IMG/VR virus record: IMGVR_UViG_3300023178_000017
Coordinates: 41,280-105,279 of that record
DNA: 64,000 nt
Reading direction: 5' to 3' (one strand)
Source of the DNA: a virus
Shown: positions 9,648 to 21,162 of the stretch, one piece after another
Position numbering within the stretch: position 1 is the stretch's first letter
Layout of the letters: each line of letters begins with the position of its first letter
Translations under genes and position numbers: made by a program
Notes under the pieces: generated by a model
Told to the model about the DNA's origin: nothing
Database searches by the model: none
The model's input: the letters and a program-made list of their open reading frames with translations, nothing else

Positions 9648-9655
9648 TATTTATA
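9648..9655 (-). promoter_or_regulatory. T4-type late promoter TATAAATA
   Basis: Exact consensus 5 nt upstream of ATG 9642. Confidence 0.75.
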
Positions 9656-9659
9656 CGGA

Positions 9660-10589
9660 CTAATTATTTAATTGGGAATATGGGACTTTTGTATGTATTT
9701 TTTCTACTGTAGTTGGATCAGTTTTTACGTATGCTTCTTCTAATTGTTTTACAGTACCGTCTGCATCTTTAACATAAACTTGTTTAACTTCTGCTACAGG
9801 ACCTATAGGTCTTCTGCTAGAATATGTTATCTGATATGTAAATGGTGATCTATGTTGATATGTAGTTTGTACAACAATGTTACCACTTCTTGTATTCTGA
9901 GCATTTGCAATATATGGTGAAGGTTGAGAAGCAGAAACCCTATATGTATCTGGCGATCTATGTTGATACGTAAATGGTATTCTATGTTGATAGAACGATG
10001 GTGATCTATGTTGATACGTAAATGGTGTTCTACCTGTTGTAGGATATGTTATAGGTTGCCTATGTTGATATGTTGTTGGTGTTCGCCCTGTTGCCTGATA
10101 TGTTGAAGGCTGTCTTGCATCTCTAATAAATGGATTCTGTCTATCAACAGGATGTCTGTAAGTTGTAGGTGAAGGTTTATTTCTTATAAACGGATTCTGT
10201 TTATTTACAGGATGTCTGTAATTAGCTGATATACGATAGCTACCAATTATCGGATTCTGTCTGTTAACAGGATGTTGATAAGCTGCTGGTTGACGTTGAT
10301 TTGCAACATAAGGTGATGGTCTATTTCTAATAAACGGATTCTGTTGTTGTGCAATGTATGGTGATTGAAATGGACTTCTTGCGATAGCAGCTGTCTGTGC
10401 GTTTGCTATGTAAGGAATAGGCACTCTAGTATTAGCAACTGTCTGAGCGTTTGCTGATGCACGGGCATTAGCAATGTACGGCACAGGCGTAGTACCGTTA
10501 GTAGAATTTTGTCTATTAGCAATATAAGGATACGGCTGTTGTCCTGGCGTTGCGTTTGAATTGCTATATGTTACTTGTACGGTTGGCAT
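9660..10589 (-). CDS. Pro-punctuated repeat fibre protein D; partner of 10591..12255
   Basis: Same module vocabulary (YIANAQ, FIRN, YQHRSP); C-terminal VKQVYVK..AYVK motif. Confidence 0.85.
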   Translation of the reverse strand: MPTVQVTYSNSNATPGQQPYPYIANRQNSTNGTTPVPYIANARASANAQTVANTRVPIPYIANAQTAAIARSPFQSPYIAQQQNPFIRNRPSPYVANQRQPAAYQHPVNRQNPIIGSYRISANYRHPVNKQNPFIRNKPSPTTYRHPVDRQNPFIRDARQPSTYQATGRTPTTYQHRQPITYPTTGRTPFTYQHRSPSFYQHRIPFTYQHRSPDTYRVSASQPSPYIANAQNTRSGNIVVQTTYQHRSPFTYQITYSSRRPIGPVAEVKQVYVKDADGTVKQLEEAYVKTDPTTVEKIHTKVPYSQLNN

Positions 10590-10590
10590 T

Positions 10591-12255
10591 TTATACTATT
10601 ATTGGCCCCCCACTACCTGCATTATATGCTGCTCTTAAACTTATGGGGCTTGATGACCAAGAACCGTTGAAGTATGAAGCTATATGAAAATATGTATAAT
10701 AAGTGTCTGTGCCTTTTGTTGCTTTTATTCCAAAATAAACATCATTTGATGTTAATTGTACTGGATTACCTGTGCTGTCGTATACACCCCACTTAAAAAA
10801 TCTAGCAGTGCGAGTACCATTAAATCCACCCCTTGAAGTTGAACCAGACCAGAAATTATAATATTGGCCTCTGGTTTTTCCACAAACATGTGGATAAAAT
10901 CCATAACTGTTTCCACCTCCTCCGTAACAATTTGTTTGAGCTTGAGTACCTGATACCGATTCACCACTTGCATAATATGCTACATCAAAATTCCAAGTAT
11001 CGTCAATTATACCATTAGCATTCAAATCGGTAATAGGCATATAAAATCTATAATAAAAACTCCAACCACTATTACTAAAAGAGTTATAATGACCATACGA
11101 TATTCTAAAAGCCCCTAAAGGATTTGTCTGAACAGTATTATTGTTAGCTGCAAAATCAAATTGCATATAACAACCACATTCGGTATGATTAAAACCAGGA
11201 TTACCAGTTGCTAATTGAAGAGTATTCCAACTTGGTACACTAAACATAGAAGCAGTTCCTGAAGGTGGGTCAGAATTTATATAATTCGTACTACCACCAA
11301 AAGGATATACATCCCAAACAGGATTACTTATACCTGAGCCCCAAGGTTGAGGGTTCGGTTGATTAGCTAAAGTTGCACTTGTTGCTGTTGAACTTCCAGA
11401 CAGTGCTGATTCGCCTACAATACCTTCATATGATGTTGGTACCTGAGCAGTCGATGGTGACTGATATATGTAAGGCGTTTGGCCTTGTGCTGAATAAGTC
11501 GAAGGCGATTGATAAATGTAAGGCGATGGTCTTTGCGCCTGATACGTAAACGGATTTTGATAAATCGATGGCACCCTATATGTTTGAGGACTTCTTTGTT
11601 GTGCTTGATAAGTTGAAGGCACTCTATAAGGTACAGGTTGTTGATTTGACTCCTGTGCGTTTATATTTGCTGGTGACTGGTGTTGATACGTAGTAGGTTG
11701 TTGTGCCTGATATGTTACAGGATTTCTGTAACTTCTTGGGTCACGATATGTACTAGGTGATCTATAAGCATAACTTACAGGATTTCTGTAACTTCTTGGG
11801 TCACGATATGTACTAGGTGATTGATGTTGATACGCAACTATAACCTGTGCATTTCTTGGGTCTCTATAAGTTGAAGGACTTTGATGTTGATACGTAAACG
11901 GTGTTTGTGCGTTTGCAGGATACGGATACGGATTCTGTCTATTAGCAATATAAGGTGATTGTGCATCGGCCTGATAAGTATACGTTTGTTGTGCGTTTCT
12001 TATAAAAGGATTTTGTCTCGATCTTATGTTAGGTTGCTGTGCGTTTCTTATAAAAGGATTTTGCCTATTAACAGGATTTCGATAAATTATTGGTTGTTGA
12101 TTCTGATAAGTCGAAGGAGACTGAAACGTATAAGGAACAATCGATGGTTGTTGTCTTATATTTGGTTCTTGAATGTTAGCAGGTTGCCTTGCTATGTAAG
12201 GTTGCTGAAAACTACCGCCATTTAAATTGTGTTTAATGTAAATTTTATCTGCCAT
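10591..12255 (-). CDS. Pro-punctuated repeat fibre protein C with aromatic-rich C-terminal head domain
   Basis: N-terminal KIYIK, about 260 aa of modules, then about 270 aa of non-repetitive W/Y/F/G/C-rich sequence. Confidence 0.85.
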   Translation of the reverse strand: MADKIYIKHNLNGGSFQQPYIARQPANIQEPNIRQQPSIVPYTFQSPSTYQNQQPIIYRNPVNRQNPFIRNAQQPNIRSRQNPFIRNAQQTYTYQADAQSPYIANRQNPYPYPANAQTPFTYQHQSPSTYRDPRNAQVIVAYQHQSPSTYRDPRSYRNPVSYAYRSPSTYRDPRSYRNPVTYQAQQPTTYQHQSPANINAQESNQQPVPYRVPSTYQAQQRSPQTYRVPSIYQNPFTYQAQRPSPYIYQSPSTYSAQGQTPYIYQSPSTAQVPTSYEGIVGESALSGSSTATSATLANQPNPQPWGSGISNPVWDVYPFGGSTNYINSDPPSGTASMFSVPSWNTLQLATGNPGFNHTECGCYMQFDFAANNNTVQTNPLGAFRISYGHYNSFSNSGWSFYYRFYMPITDLNANGIIDDTWNFDVAYYASGESVSGTQAQTNCYGGGGNSYGFYPHVCGKTRGQYYNFWSGSTSRGGFNGTRTARFFKWGVYDSTGNPVQLTSNDVYFGIKATKGTDTYYTYFHIASYFNGSWSSSPISLRAAYNAGSGGPIIV

Positions 12256-12256
12256 A

Positions 12257-14164
12257 TCATATCACAAACCATAAATGTCCAACTTCTTTACCTGTACCAC
12301 TTGGTGTACCAGATAGTGAAGAAGCACTAACAACTTCATAATCTAACTCAACATCATCGCCGTCTAATTTAACACCGTTTGATGTGTTCACTGATAAAGT
12401 AGCAACACCATCTAATGAATCACCTGAAGAACCTGCGTTATAAGATTTCGCAAGACCTGAACCAGCAGATATGACACTATTTACTCTATCATCTGTAAAG
12501 TATTTATTAGTTTGTTCTGATATAGAATCGGTACCTGTTGAGTTATCTGCAACTTGTAAATCACCATTAGAATCAAATACTAGTATTTGACCAGCAGATG
12601 CACTAGATGTACTACCTACATCTGTTAAATCAGATATAGCAGAGTTCATTGTTGTGTTTATTGATACATTGCCTTTAGCAGTCTGTGTGACTGAACCTGT
12701 AACTGCACCAGTCAATGAAAAGTCTGAATTATCTAAAACTAAATCTAAAGTATTATCTGAGTCATCATAGGTAACTGAAAGACCTGATTCAGTGTTTGAA
12801 CTAATCATTGTACCGACTGTGTCAGCAATTCTTTCTACAATGTCATCAACTACAAAACTAGAACCGTTGTACTTAAGAACACTATTAGTATTTGCGCCAC
12901 TTGTATTTACATCTGAAAGATCATCGATACTAGCAGCTGCGATTCTAGCGTCTGCTCTACCGTCTGTATAATAAAGATTAGAACTTCCTTCTGTTAAATC
13001 ATCAGTGTCATGGTTTGATAAACTTGAAACTGTACCTGTAAGATGTCCTGTTGATACATTTAAAACTGTTGTTGAACCGTCTGCTGTAATTGTAGATAAT
13101 CTTGCAGTAGCATCGGTACCATTTGTACCGTTATCGATGATTGTTTGACCACCACTTGATAGAACATCACCTTTTAGATTACCATTAAAAGTAGTTGCAG
13201 TCATGTCTGTTGCATGAATGTTCTGCCATTTTAGTATACTACTTCCAAGTTCGTGTGTGTTGTTAGCACTTGGTAAAACATCTGAGTCTATTGAACCTGT
13301 GAATGATATTGTATCACTAGATGCGTTACCTAAATCGATGTTACAATTCAGTGATGATAATCCATTAACTGTTAAAGCGCCAGTAGTTGTAACTGTTGAG
13401 GCATTTAAATCACCGCCTGTAAGTGTTGCAGTTCCATCACTCAATGTACCCACGTTGACTGTTGCGCTAAAGTTTGCATTTACACCACCAGTAATACTAC
13501 CTGAGTTGATACTCATGGTGCTATCAGTAATTGTAGGCGCAGTCATTACACCGCCTGTTGTGATTGTTATATCATCTTCTGCAAATGTTTTACCTGCAAG
13601 TTGAATGTTGAAACCAGTCTCTAATTCTGTTGTGTTATTTGTGTTTGAAGCATTAAGAATAACACCATTTGAGTTGTTGTTAAAGATTGAGTTTGTATCT
13701 GATAACTGCCAGTATGAAGCACCTGTACTTGCTAATGCAGTACCTAAGTATGAACCTGTGTAAGAATATAGAACGAATCTATCGCCATTTGATAAACCAG
13801 AACCGTATGTAGCACCTTGTAAGTTAATTCTTCCATAACTACCATCTGAATTTTGGCTAGTGATCTGATAGTCTATACCTTCTATTAAGTGAGAACCGTT
13901 GACAAAGACCTGAATTCGGTCTTGTACAAATTTCATCACATTGTTAAACTGATCAGCGCCTTCGAAATGCGTTTCACCACCAGTTGCAATATACACATAC
14001 TCTTGGAAGTAAAATGCTTTATCTTCTACACTATTAACAGCGTCAACTAAAGTTGCTTGAGCAGTAGTTCTAAGACCACTAATATCACCCACGTCATTAG
14101 CCAACACATTATATTGTTGTCTAAAATTTTCTATAGTACTGAAACTGTCTACTGTTTTAGCCAT
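12257..14164 (-). CDS. Tail fibre-like virion protein
   Basis: Fibre repeats (TDDLTEGSSNLYYTD, LSDV); C-terminal PSGTGKEVGHLWFVI. Confidence 0.7.
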   Translation of the reverse strand: MAKTVDSFSTIENFRQQYNVLANDVGDISGLRTTAQATLVDAVNSVEDKAFYFQEYVYIATGGETHFEGADQFNNVMKFVQDRIQVFVNGSHLIEGIDYQITSQNSDGSYGRINLQGATYGSGLSNGDRFVLYSYTGSYLGTALASTGASYWQLSDTNSIFNNNSNGVILNASNTNNTTELETGFNIQLAGKTFAEDDITITTGGVMTAPTITDSTMSINSGSITGGVNANFSATVNVGTLSDGTATLTGGDLNASTVTTTGALTVNGLSSLNCNIDLGNASSDTISFTGSIDSDVLPSANNTHELGSSILKWQNIHATDMTATTFNGNLKGDVLSSGGQTIIDNGTNGTDATARLSTITADGSTTVLNVSTGHLTGTVSSLSNHDTDDLTEGSSNLYYTDGRADARIAAASIDDLSDVNTSGANTNSVLKYNGSSFVVDDIVERIADTVGTMISSNTESGLSVTYDDSDNTLDLVLDNSDFSLTGAVTGSVTQTAKGNVSINTTMNSAISDLTDVGSTSSASAGQILVFDSNGDLQVADNSTGTDSISEQTNKYFTDDRVNSVISAGSGLAKSYNAGSSGDSLDGVATLSVNTSNGVKLDGDDVELDYEVVSASSLSGTPSGTGKEVGHLWFVI

Positions 14165-14360
14165 TTATTTTCTCTTCTATCTTTCTAAGAAGTTCCTTAA
14201 CTTCGGTTACTTCTTGTCTTAAACTATTTATTTCCTTTTTCTGAGAAGCAATGATTTGTCTTCTTCTCATTACCAATTTAAACTGTTCAACATCTGTATT
14301 GATAATTGCTTGTGAACTTTCTTCTCTAATTAGATTTGAATGTCCTTCAACCTTTATCAT
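14157..14360 (-). CDS. Conserved hypothetical protein following the VrlC-like gene
   Basis: [18 protein letters not shown] plus coiled coil; ATGA overlap with the upstream stop supports the 14360 start. Confidence 0.7.
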   Translation of the reverse strand: MIKVEGHSNLIREESSQAIINTDVEQFKLVMRRRQIIASQKKEINSLRQEVTEVKELLRKIEEKING

Positions 14361-17300
14361 GCTAATGCTATACATCTAAGACCAGAAATTATTGGTACTT
14401 GAGATGTGTTTGTAGCCTGTCCTACAATCTTAATTATAAAACCTGTAAATTCAGGTAAGTTGTCTGCTGTGTATTCGTATTCTTTAAAGTTTCTAGCGTC
14501 TTGATCAATAGCTGTGTCAGGACCACCAGTTGAGTTAAAGAATTCAAATCCTAAATCATCTACTGGTGTATCTTCATCGTTTTTGATGAGTTTGTATAAA
14601 ACTTTAATGTCTGAGTTAGGTGGTCTAAAGTTATCTGATAAAACTTTCAATGATGTAGCAGGATTCTTTAAACTTACCAATCTTGTTGTGTATACCATTG
14701 CGTTGTTATCGCCATCTGGTTCTGTTGATGGTACGTAAACTTCACCATCTGATAGATCGGCAGCAGAATCAATATCATTAATTCTGTTCATAATACCTAG
14801 ACAACCAATTGTACCTGTATCAATGTAAGGTGATACGTTTGGATTTGATGATCTCATTTGTAGTAATAATCTAAATGATCTCTGGTTACCCATTCTCTCT
14901 AATTCGTTGAGGGGTGATGCAACAACACTTGGTCTACTGAAGTAAACGTTATCGTTTAATTTAATAAAGTCATTTGCAGTTCTTCTTACATATTCAGTAT
15001 CTAAGTTTGAATCTTCTGGTGAACCCATACCTGTTCTATTAATACTTGAGAATATTTGAGTATTATTAAATGTTATAGAAGGTATCATTGTATGAATTGC
15101 ATCATAATAGATGTTTCTTGTACTTCTAACTTGACTACCACCGCCATCTACACTTTGAGTTGCAACAAAACTTGTGCCGCCTTCTAAGTCATAAGATGAC
15201 ATTACAGATGTTCTAGGTAGAACATTAAATGAGTCTATACTATAATCTTGTAGACTCTCGTGTGTACCGTTAATAGCTGCAACTGGAATACCACCCAATG
15301 TGTTTTCAACATTGGTGACACTTACTGTAAATGTTTGACTGTCGATTGTGACTGTAATAGTGTCGTTCACTGCGTAGTCACTACCTGGATCAGTAATCTT
15401 AATTGAGTTTACTGCATCTAAATCTCCAGCGTCTACAACTACTTTGACTTTAAGACCTGTACCTGTACCACCTGTTACAACAGCATCATTACTTCCACCA
15501 GTCTCGTATGTCTGTGCTGTTACGGCAGCACTAATAGCACTTGGTGTGCCAATCTCTACTACGCCATCTTCTTTATCGCCTTTCACGCCTGCTATTGTTA
15601 CGTGTGAAGTTGTTTCGTACATACCGTGTGAGTAGTTTAATATCTTAACATAACTTTGACCAGCAAATGTTTGAACTGGATTCTCTTGTAGTTTTACATC
15701 TCCGATAAAATCGTTTTCAAACACAACTTCTGCAACTTTTGAGGTATCGAATTGTGCAATCTTAAGATTGAACTTGAGATCGTCTGTTTGTTCTGCTGTC
15801 CATGTTGATGCGTTTTGTGATAAGAACAATGAACCAGCATATGGTTGTCCTGAAATTGTTTCACCAGTAATTAAATCGTTTTCGCCCATTCTGGATATGA
15901 AACATTCGTATTCGTTTGAGTTTGATAAAACTACGAAACAGTATTCTTTACCTTTCTCTAGGTATACAGGCGAATCAAATGTAAATGTTGTAGCACTTGA
16001 ACCGTCTTCTGAAATATTAACTTCGTTTGGATTCTTAGATACTGTTGAGAATGGTAATACTAACTGACCTGGATAACCATTCACCATGTTTCTAACTTGT
16101 ACTGACACTGGTAGTGCATCGTCTTTAGTTCTAAAGAATAGATCAACTGAAGACAACATCATGCCACCATCCATATCTACTAAGAATGATTCTGCTAATG
16201 GATCGACCCACTCTGTCTCACGCAATTCTCTCTCATCGAATATTCTAGGAATTCTAGGATCAACGTCCCAAAAATCTCTAGGGTCATCAATAGGCGGTGG
16301 TGACGGTATCGGCGTACTTGTTGGTGTCGGCGTTGGTGTCGGTGTCGGTGTAGGCGACGGTGTAGGCGCAGGAGTTGTTGTCGGCGCTGGCGTCGGCGTA
16401 GGTGTCGGTGTAGGACTTGGTGTAGGCTCTGGAGTCGGTGTTGGACTCGGTATAGGTGCCTCAGTAGGTTCTGGTGTAGGTGTAGGTGCTGGAGTTGCAG
16501 GTGGTTCTGGACTTGGCTCAGGTGGTGTACCTGTACCAGGTGTTACGTTTAATAACTCACCTCTTCTTACTATTTGTCTCTCAGCAGATAGCCTTTCAAT
16601 AACTACTCTACCATTCCTTGTTGATACAATTTCAGTTTGTGAAGCTTGTAATAAACCTTGTGCTTGATAGATTGCATTACCTCGTGATGCTGGGTTAGAA
16701 AGGTTATTTGAACTTGATGTAATAACCATTTCTCTAGCACCAGTTGGGAATCTCTGGAATCTATCGTTAGGTAAACTGAATGTTGCTCTTAATCTACCGT
16801 TACCATCTGTTTTTACTATTTGATCGTATGATGTACCACCATCTTTACTGTACAGTGTACTGAATGGTTTTACATATGAGTTTACATCGATACCATCAAA
16901 GAATACGTAATGGTTTGTGTTTGGTTTTAAGTTAACTGCATCTATTTCAATGTCTCTTGGTCTACAGAATGGTACAATTGTGACACTAACAATTCTATCG
17001 TTACGTGTTTCAACTAACTCTTCTACAACCGATGTTCTAACACCTGTTCTGATCTGAGACTCAGGTGTTTCTGTTACATTTCTTGTAACAGTAGTATTAG
17101 GTGTATATTCACCACCTTGTGAAGGATCACCGTTCCAAGCTGCTGGAACACTTGATAATGTCTCTGTCTCTACAACTGTAGGTTCACCTACCCATGTAGT
17201 CTGCCATGCGTTCCAAACAGTGCCTAATGCGTTTTCGTTCTCTGCTAATATTGCATCGAAGTTGCCTTCTCTGTTAACTCTTACTTCTGGTAATTGTTCT

Positions 17301-20300
17301 GTGTCTTGCCAGATGTCTGTCTCTGGACTTAGTTTAACGTGACCAATAAATGCAAACACAGCGTATGGGTTAACATTTAATGACCTAGATGCCTTATTTT
17401 GATTAACAAATGATCTTTCTGTATATGGTAATGTGATAATATCACCAGACTTCTTATAGTTACGTGACAATGCTGAGTTAGCAATGATATCAAAGAACTG
17501 AGTATGGTGTTTAGGTCTTAATTGACCTAGTTTTGTATCGATAGCACATTCATAGTCTGGATGTGAAACATCACCAATCTTATGACCTCTAAAGTTATCT
17601 ACTAAGAAGCCTGATTTATATCTGTCAAATCCGTCTGCATCTAAAATTTGTTTTGATTGTGTATCTTTTTCTAATAAAGATAGTGCTGTAATTCTTTCAA
17701 TGTTTGTAAGTCTTTGGTTTATTCTACCAATATCTTTCATCGTATATCTACGATGATCAAATTGTTTTAAATTGATTTCTTTTAAGTTTGATGTGTAAGC
17801 AGGTATGAACAATTCGAACATTTCAATTGCATCATCTAACTGATTTGGTTTTTGAGGACTAATATCAGGATAACCAATAGAAACTTCAAACTTACCATTT
17901 CTAGTTAAGAATACTTTATCAATTCTAGGTACATAGAAATCTATATCTGCTGTCACTGAAGATGTAGGCATTGGACATGAAATTGTTCCATTGTCGACAT
18001 CGTTAAACACCCTTGATGTGTATACAAATGGTGCAGCTGTTACTTTTGTATTATCTGATAAGTTTAATGGATCGTTCTGATCATAAGCATTTGTATCATC
18101 ATCTTGGAAATTAGTGCCAGGTAAAAAGTCTGTTGATGGTCTAAAGTCTACTGCATCTGATAATTCGAACTTACCGTCTGGTTCAAAACCACCTAAGTCT
18201 ACTTTATTTGGTGAGTAATTTGGTATATCTTTGTACTCAACATCAGCACTGTTATAAGAATTTACTGAGTAGTAATCTCCTGTACCACCTCTACTAAACA
18301 TGTCAAAGATAACAGTCACAGGATTGTTAGGTGCTGATCTACCTTGTTTTAAAACTAGTTTTGAGAAGTCATAATAACCATCTCTTTGGCCATTGTCTAA
18401 GAAATAGTTGTTCTTAATGTTTGGTGAACCTGCACTTAAGTTTGATAGTACAGCGATACCTGAACTTGTTTGGCCAACAATTGTCTCACCGTCAATGAAA
18501 GGTATATCATTTAAGTATACAAAGTATGATGTGTTTGTATCACCACCCCAATTGATCAATAATGCTCTTGCTGTTGATGATTGACCTACAATCTCTTCTT
18601 TTAATGCAAAAGAACCTGAACTTATTGTTACAGTTGCGTTTGGTGGTGTTGCCTGACTATTTGAACCTGAAGTTGTGCCTGGAACTGCCTCTAAAACTGC
18701 ATGTATTTTATAGACATCTGGTACACATAGATTCAATTCTTTGTGATCGTATGCAAGACCATAGAAAGGTTTATCACTATTAGATGATCTAAATGAAACT
18801 GATCTGAATTTTTCTAAAGCTTTTGACTTTACAGCAGGTGCTGTTCTCTTAACAGTATAAGTTGCTAATATTTGAGCACCTGATCCTGAATCACTGAATG
18901 TAACATCTAATGAAGTACCTGGTGTACCAAAAGTTACATCGTCTGCGACTAACACGTCACCTAATGCTACGACATCACCAGTTCCGTTTAGTGATAATTT
19001 AGTAAATTGATATTTGTCATCACCAAAGTCTGAGAATGTTTCGTCTGACTCTTTTGTCAAAGTGATTGTACCATTTGACATTGAGAACAGTCCTTGTTTT
19101 CTGACTTCTACTGTTCCTGTTGGTGTTACATCTGAAACGTAATCTCTAGGCCATGCAAATATATTTGATGTCTGATCTTGGTCTGCAAGTTTTGCTCTTT
19201 TTCTGATAACTGCTACTTGTGTTGCCGCTGAAGGTGTCACTGCACCACCAGCTGTTGTAACTACATTTAACGATGTATCGTTAGTAACAACTGAAACTCT
19301 ATGTTCTGTACCATTAACAACGATATGATCACCAACTTTTACTTCTTTAGTAAACTGTGAACCAACACCTTGTAATTCATTTGTTGAGCCATTAAATGTA
19401 CCTAAACCAGATATTACTGATATATCATCTAATACTACATCGGCACTAAAGTCTAGTCCTACGCTAGCAGGTGAAACTTGACCGACTGAGTGAGATTGAC
19501 TTACATTAAAGACCTGAACACTAGTTGATGCTACTGCTGATGCAGTTCCCTTACCTCTAACTGATACATTATTACCTGATACAAATTGTCCTACTACATC
19601 ATGTAGATAAATGTTATTACTATCGACATATGCAACAATACCTGTTGCGCCTGTAATATCGTCTGTTAGTTTATCACCGTTAGCATATAATGTTGAGGTT
19701 GCTGTTGTAACTCCAACTTTAGTAAACATTTTAATATCAAATAGATATAATTGATATTCATCTGTAGCTGACTCATCAAAATGTCTAACTCTTGCAAAAC
19801 CAATATTCTCTGCACTACCACTTAATGCTGATGCAGAAGATTTAGGTAGACTGTAAAGTTTGATTGGTTCGAAAGCATTTGTTGAAGCTGAATCACCAAT
19901 TTCTGGCATTCCATAAATGTTGTTGATTTTTAATTTATTACCTATTCTAACTGGTGTTGATGCGTTAGATAGTTCTGCTGTTGTTCTTGCTTTATTAATT
20001 GTTAGGTTTGATGTACCTGCTTTTTCAATTTCGTATCCTCTAACATAAGCTTTACCAGCAGATATCTGCATGATAAACTTCTCTTCTTGTCCGCCTTCTG
20101 CTATTGGATAAAACCCTTTGTTATCTGAAGTTTTTAAATGTTCTCTGAAATTACTAGTAAATGGTCTTACAACAAAATCGCCATTGGCATCAAAGGTTCT
20201 TCGTGCCATAGTATTTTCTATTTCAGAATAGATTGGTCTATTGATTGATAGTTCAATGATACCATTGTTAACTCTTGCTAATTCAATGAAGTTAACACTT

Positions 20301-21124
20301 GTAGTATCTGTTAGTGCTACTTTAGATAATGTAAGATCAAATTTTAATCTATCGGCACCAGGCGCATTATCGTTTGATGAGCCTTGTGCATTGTCTAAGA
20401 GACTATTATCTTCTGTTGATGATATGATAGTTTCATTGATAGAAAGACCAACTCTATATGAAGGATTACCTGCATATTTTTCTAATACGATAAGTTGTTT
20501 GTCTACCTTTACAAAGAAACCTCTTGTAAAAACTACACCTTCTGAAATTTCTGCAATTGAAGCACGACCAGTTGGTGTTGATGATTGTGATAATGTTTTA
20601 AAGTAGTTGTTGTTTGTTGCTACAGCAGAAGTTGATCCAAAACCGTCAGCTGAGAATTCTACTTCTCTTATTTCTTCTGAACCTTTGAATATAAAAGAAC
20701 CATCGCTGTCTGTACCTTGTGATAATGCTTTTACAAATAGTGTTATAGAATCATCTTCAGTTTCAGCAGTTGATGAAATAACTTTTGCTACTACACCTGT
20801 TGTTAAACCTTGAATGAGTTTGCCGTGAAAACTAGTTCTATAAGATTCTACGTTTAGATCGCCGTTTGCATTTGGATTTGAATTTTGTACTTTGACAAAA
20901 TAGATGTCCATGTCAATGTTTGACTGAGCACCTGAAACAATAGAACCTTCTTTAAAGAAATGATCACCAAATTTCTCTACCTGATCTTGTAGAATAGATT
21001 GAGTTTGAGTTAACTCTCTCGCTTGAATTGGTCGACCAGCACGATACAGAACTTTATGAAATTTCTTGTCTGCATCGTAATCATCGTAATATGGTGTAAT
21101 ATTTAGATCCGTTTTCTCTGACAT
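14357..21124 (-). CDS. Large virion structural protein, VrlC/DUF4815-like
   Basis: N-terminal LN..PYYDD...KVLYR.G.P.QARELTQ.QSILQ motif; RYTMKDIG; DPLAESF; lies next to gp8. Confidence 0.85.
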   Translation of the reverse strand: MSEKTDLNITPYYDDYDADKKFHKVLYRAGRPIQARELTQTQSILQDQVEKFGDHFFKEGSIVSGAQSNIDMDIYFVKVQNSNPNANGDLNVESYRTSFHGKLIQGLTTGVVAKVISSTAETEDDSITLFVKALSQGTDSDGSFIFKGSEEIREVEFSADGFGSTSAVATNNNYFKTLSQSSTPTGRASIAEISEGVVFTRGFFVKVDKQLIVLEKYAGNPSYRVGLSINETIISSTEDNSLLDNAQGSSNDNAPGADRLKFDLTLSKVALTDTTSVNFIELARVNNGIIELSINRPIYSEIENTMARRTFDANGDFVVRPFTSNFREHLKTSDNKGFYPIAEGGQEEKFIMQISAGKAYVRGYEIEKAGTSNLTINKARTTAELSNASTPVRIGNKLKINNIYGMPEIGDSASTNAFEPIKLYSLPKSSASALSGSAENIGFARVRHFDESATDEYQLYLFDIKMFTKVGVTTATSTLYANGDKLTDDITGATGIVAYVDSNNIYLHDVVGQFVSGNNVSVRGKGTASAVASTSVQVFNVSQSHSVGQVSPASVGLDFSADVVLDDISVISGLGTFNGSTNELQGVGSQFTKEVKVGDHIVVNGTEHRVSVVTNDTSLNVVTTAGGAVTPSAATQVAVIRKRAKLADQDQTSNIFAWPRDYVSDVTPTGTVEVRKQGLFSMSNGTITLTKESDETFSDFGDDKYQFTKLSLNGTGDVVALGDVLVADDVTFGTPGTSLDVTFSDSGSGAQILATYTVKRTAPAVKSKALEKFRSVSFRSSNSDKPFYGLAYDHKELNLCVPDVYKIHAVLEAVPGTTSGSNSQATPPNATVTISSGSFALKEEIVGQSSTARALLINWGGDTNTSYFVYLNDIPFIDGETIVGQTSSGIAVLSNLSAGSPNIKNNYFLDNGQRDGYYDFSKLVLKQGRSAPNNPVTVIFDMFSRGGTGDYYSVNSYNSADVEYKDIPNYSPNKVDLGGFEPDGKFELSDAVDFRPSTDFLPGTNFQDDDTNAYDQNDPLNLSDNTKVTAAPFVYTSRVFNDVDNGTISCPMPTSSVTADIDFYVPRIDKVFLTRNGKFEVSIGYPDISPQKPNQLDDAIEMFELFIPAYTSNLKEINLKQFDHRRYTMKDIGRINQRLTNIERITALSLLEKDTQSKQILDADGFDRYKSGFLVDNFRGHKIGDVSHPDYECAIDTKLGQLRPKHHTQFFDIIANSALSRNYKKSGDIITLPYTERSFVNQNKASRSLNVNPYAVFAFIGHVKLSPETDIWQDTEQLPEVRVNREGNFDAILAENENALGTVWNAWQTTWVGEPTVVETETLSSVPAAWNGDPSQGGEYTPNTTVTRNVTETPESQIRTGVRTSVVEELVETRNDRIVSVTIVPFCRPRDIEIDAVNLKPNTNHYVFFDGIDVNSYVKPFSTLYSKDGGTSYDQIVKTDGNGRLRATFSLPNDRFQRFPTGAREMVITSSSNNLSNPASRGNAIYQAQGLLQASQTEIVSTRNGRVVIERLSAERQIVRRGELLNVTPGTGTPPEPSPEPPATPAPTPTPEPTEAPIPSPTPTPEPTPSPTPTPTPTPAPTTTPAPTPSPTPTPTPTPTPTSTPIPSPPPIDDPRDFWDVDPRIPRIFDERELRETEWVDPLAESFLVDMDGGMMLSSVDLFFRTKDDALPVSVQVRNMVNGYPGQLVLPFSTVSKNPNEVNISEDGSSATTFTFDSPVYLEKGKEYCFVVLSNSNEYECFISRMGENDLITGETISGQPYAGSLFLSQNASTWTAEQTDDLKFNLKIAQFDTSKVAEVVFENDFIGDVKLQENPVQTFAGQSYVKILNYSHGMYETTSHVTIAGVKGDKEDGVVEIGTPSAISAAVTAQTYETGGSNDAVVTGGTGTGLKVKVVVDAGDLDAVNSIKITDPGSDYAVNDTITVTIDSQTFTVSVTNVENTLGGIPVAAINGTHESLQDYSIDSFNVLPRTSVMSSYDLEGGTSFVATQSVDGGGSQVRSTRNIYYDAIHTMIPSITFNNTQIFSSINRTGMGSPEDSNLDTEYVRRTANDFIKLNDNVYFSRPSVVASPLNELERMGNQRSFRLLLQMRSSNPNVSPYIDTGTIGCLGIMNRINDIDSAADLSDGEVYVPSTEPDGDNNAMVYTTRLVSLKNPATSLKVLSDNFRPPNSDIKVLYKLIKNDEDTPVDDLGFEFFNSTGGPDTAIDQDARNFKEYEYTADNLPEFTGFIIKIVGQATNTSQVPIISGLRCIALA
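16292..16528 (-). repeat. Pro/Thr-rich (PT)n linker in the VrlC-like protein
   Basis: [19 protein letters not shown]...[17 protein letters not shown]; locally GC-rich hexamer repeats. Confidence 0.85.
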
Positions 21125-21162
21125 AGTTTTAAATTTTATTTAATGTTGTTTAAAACAACTAA

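Noticed and set aside
16086-16667. 193-aa Gly/Val-rich + strand ORF
   Set aside because: It is the antisense shadow of the PT linker.
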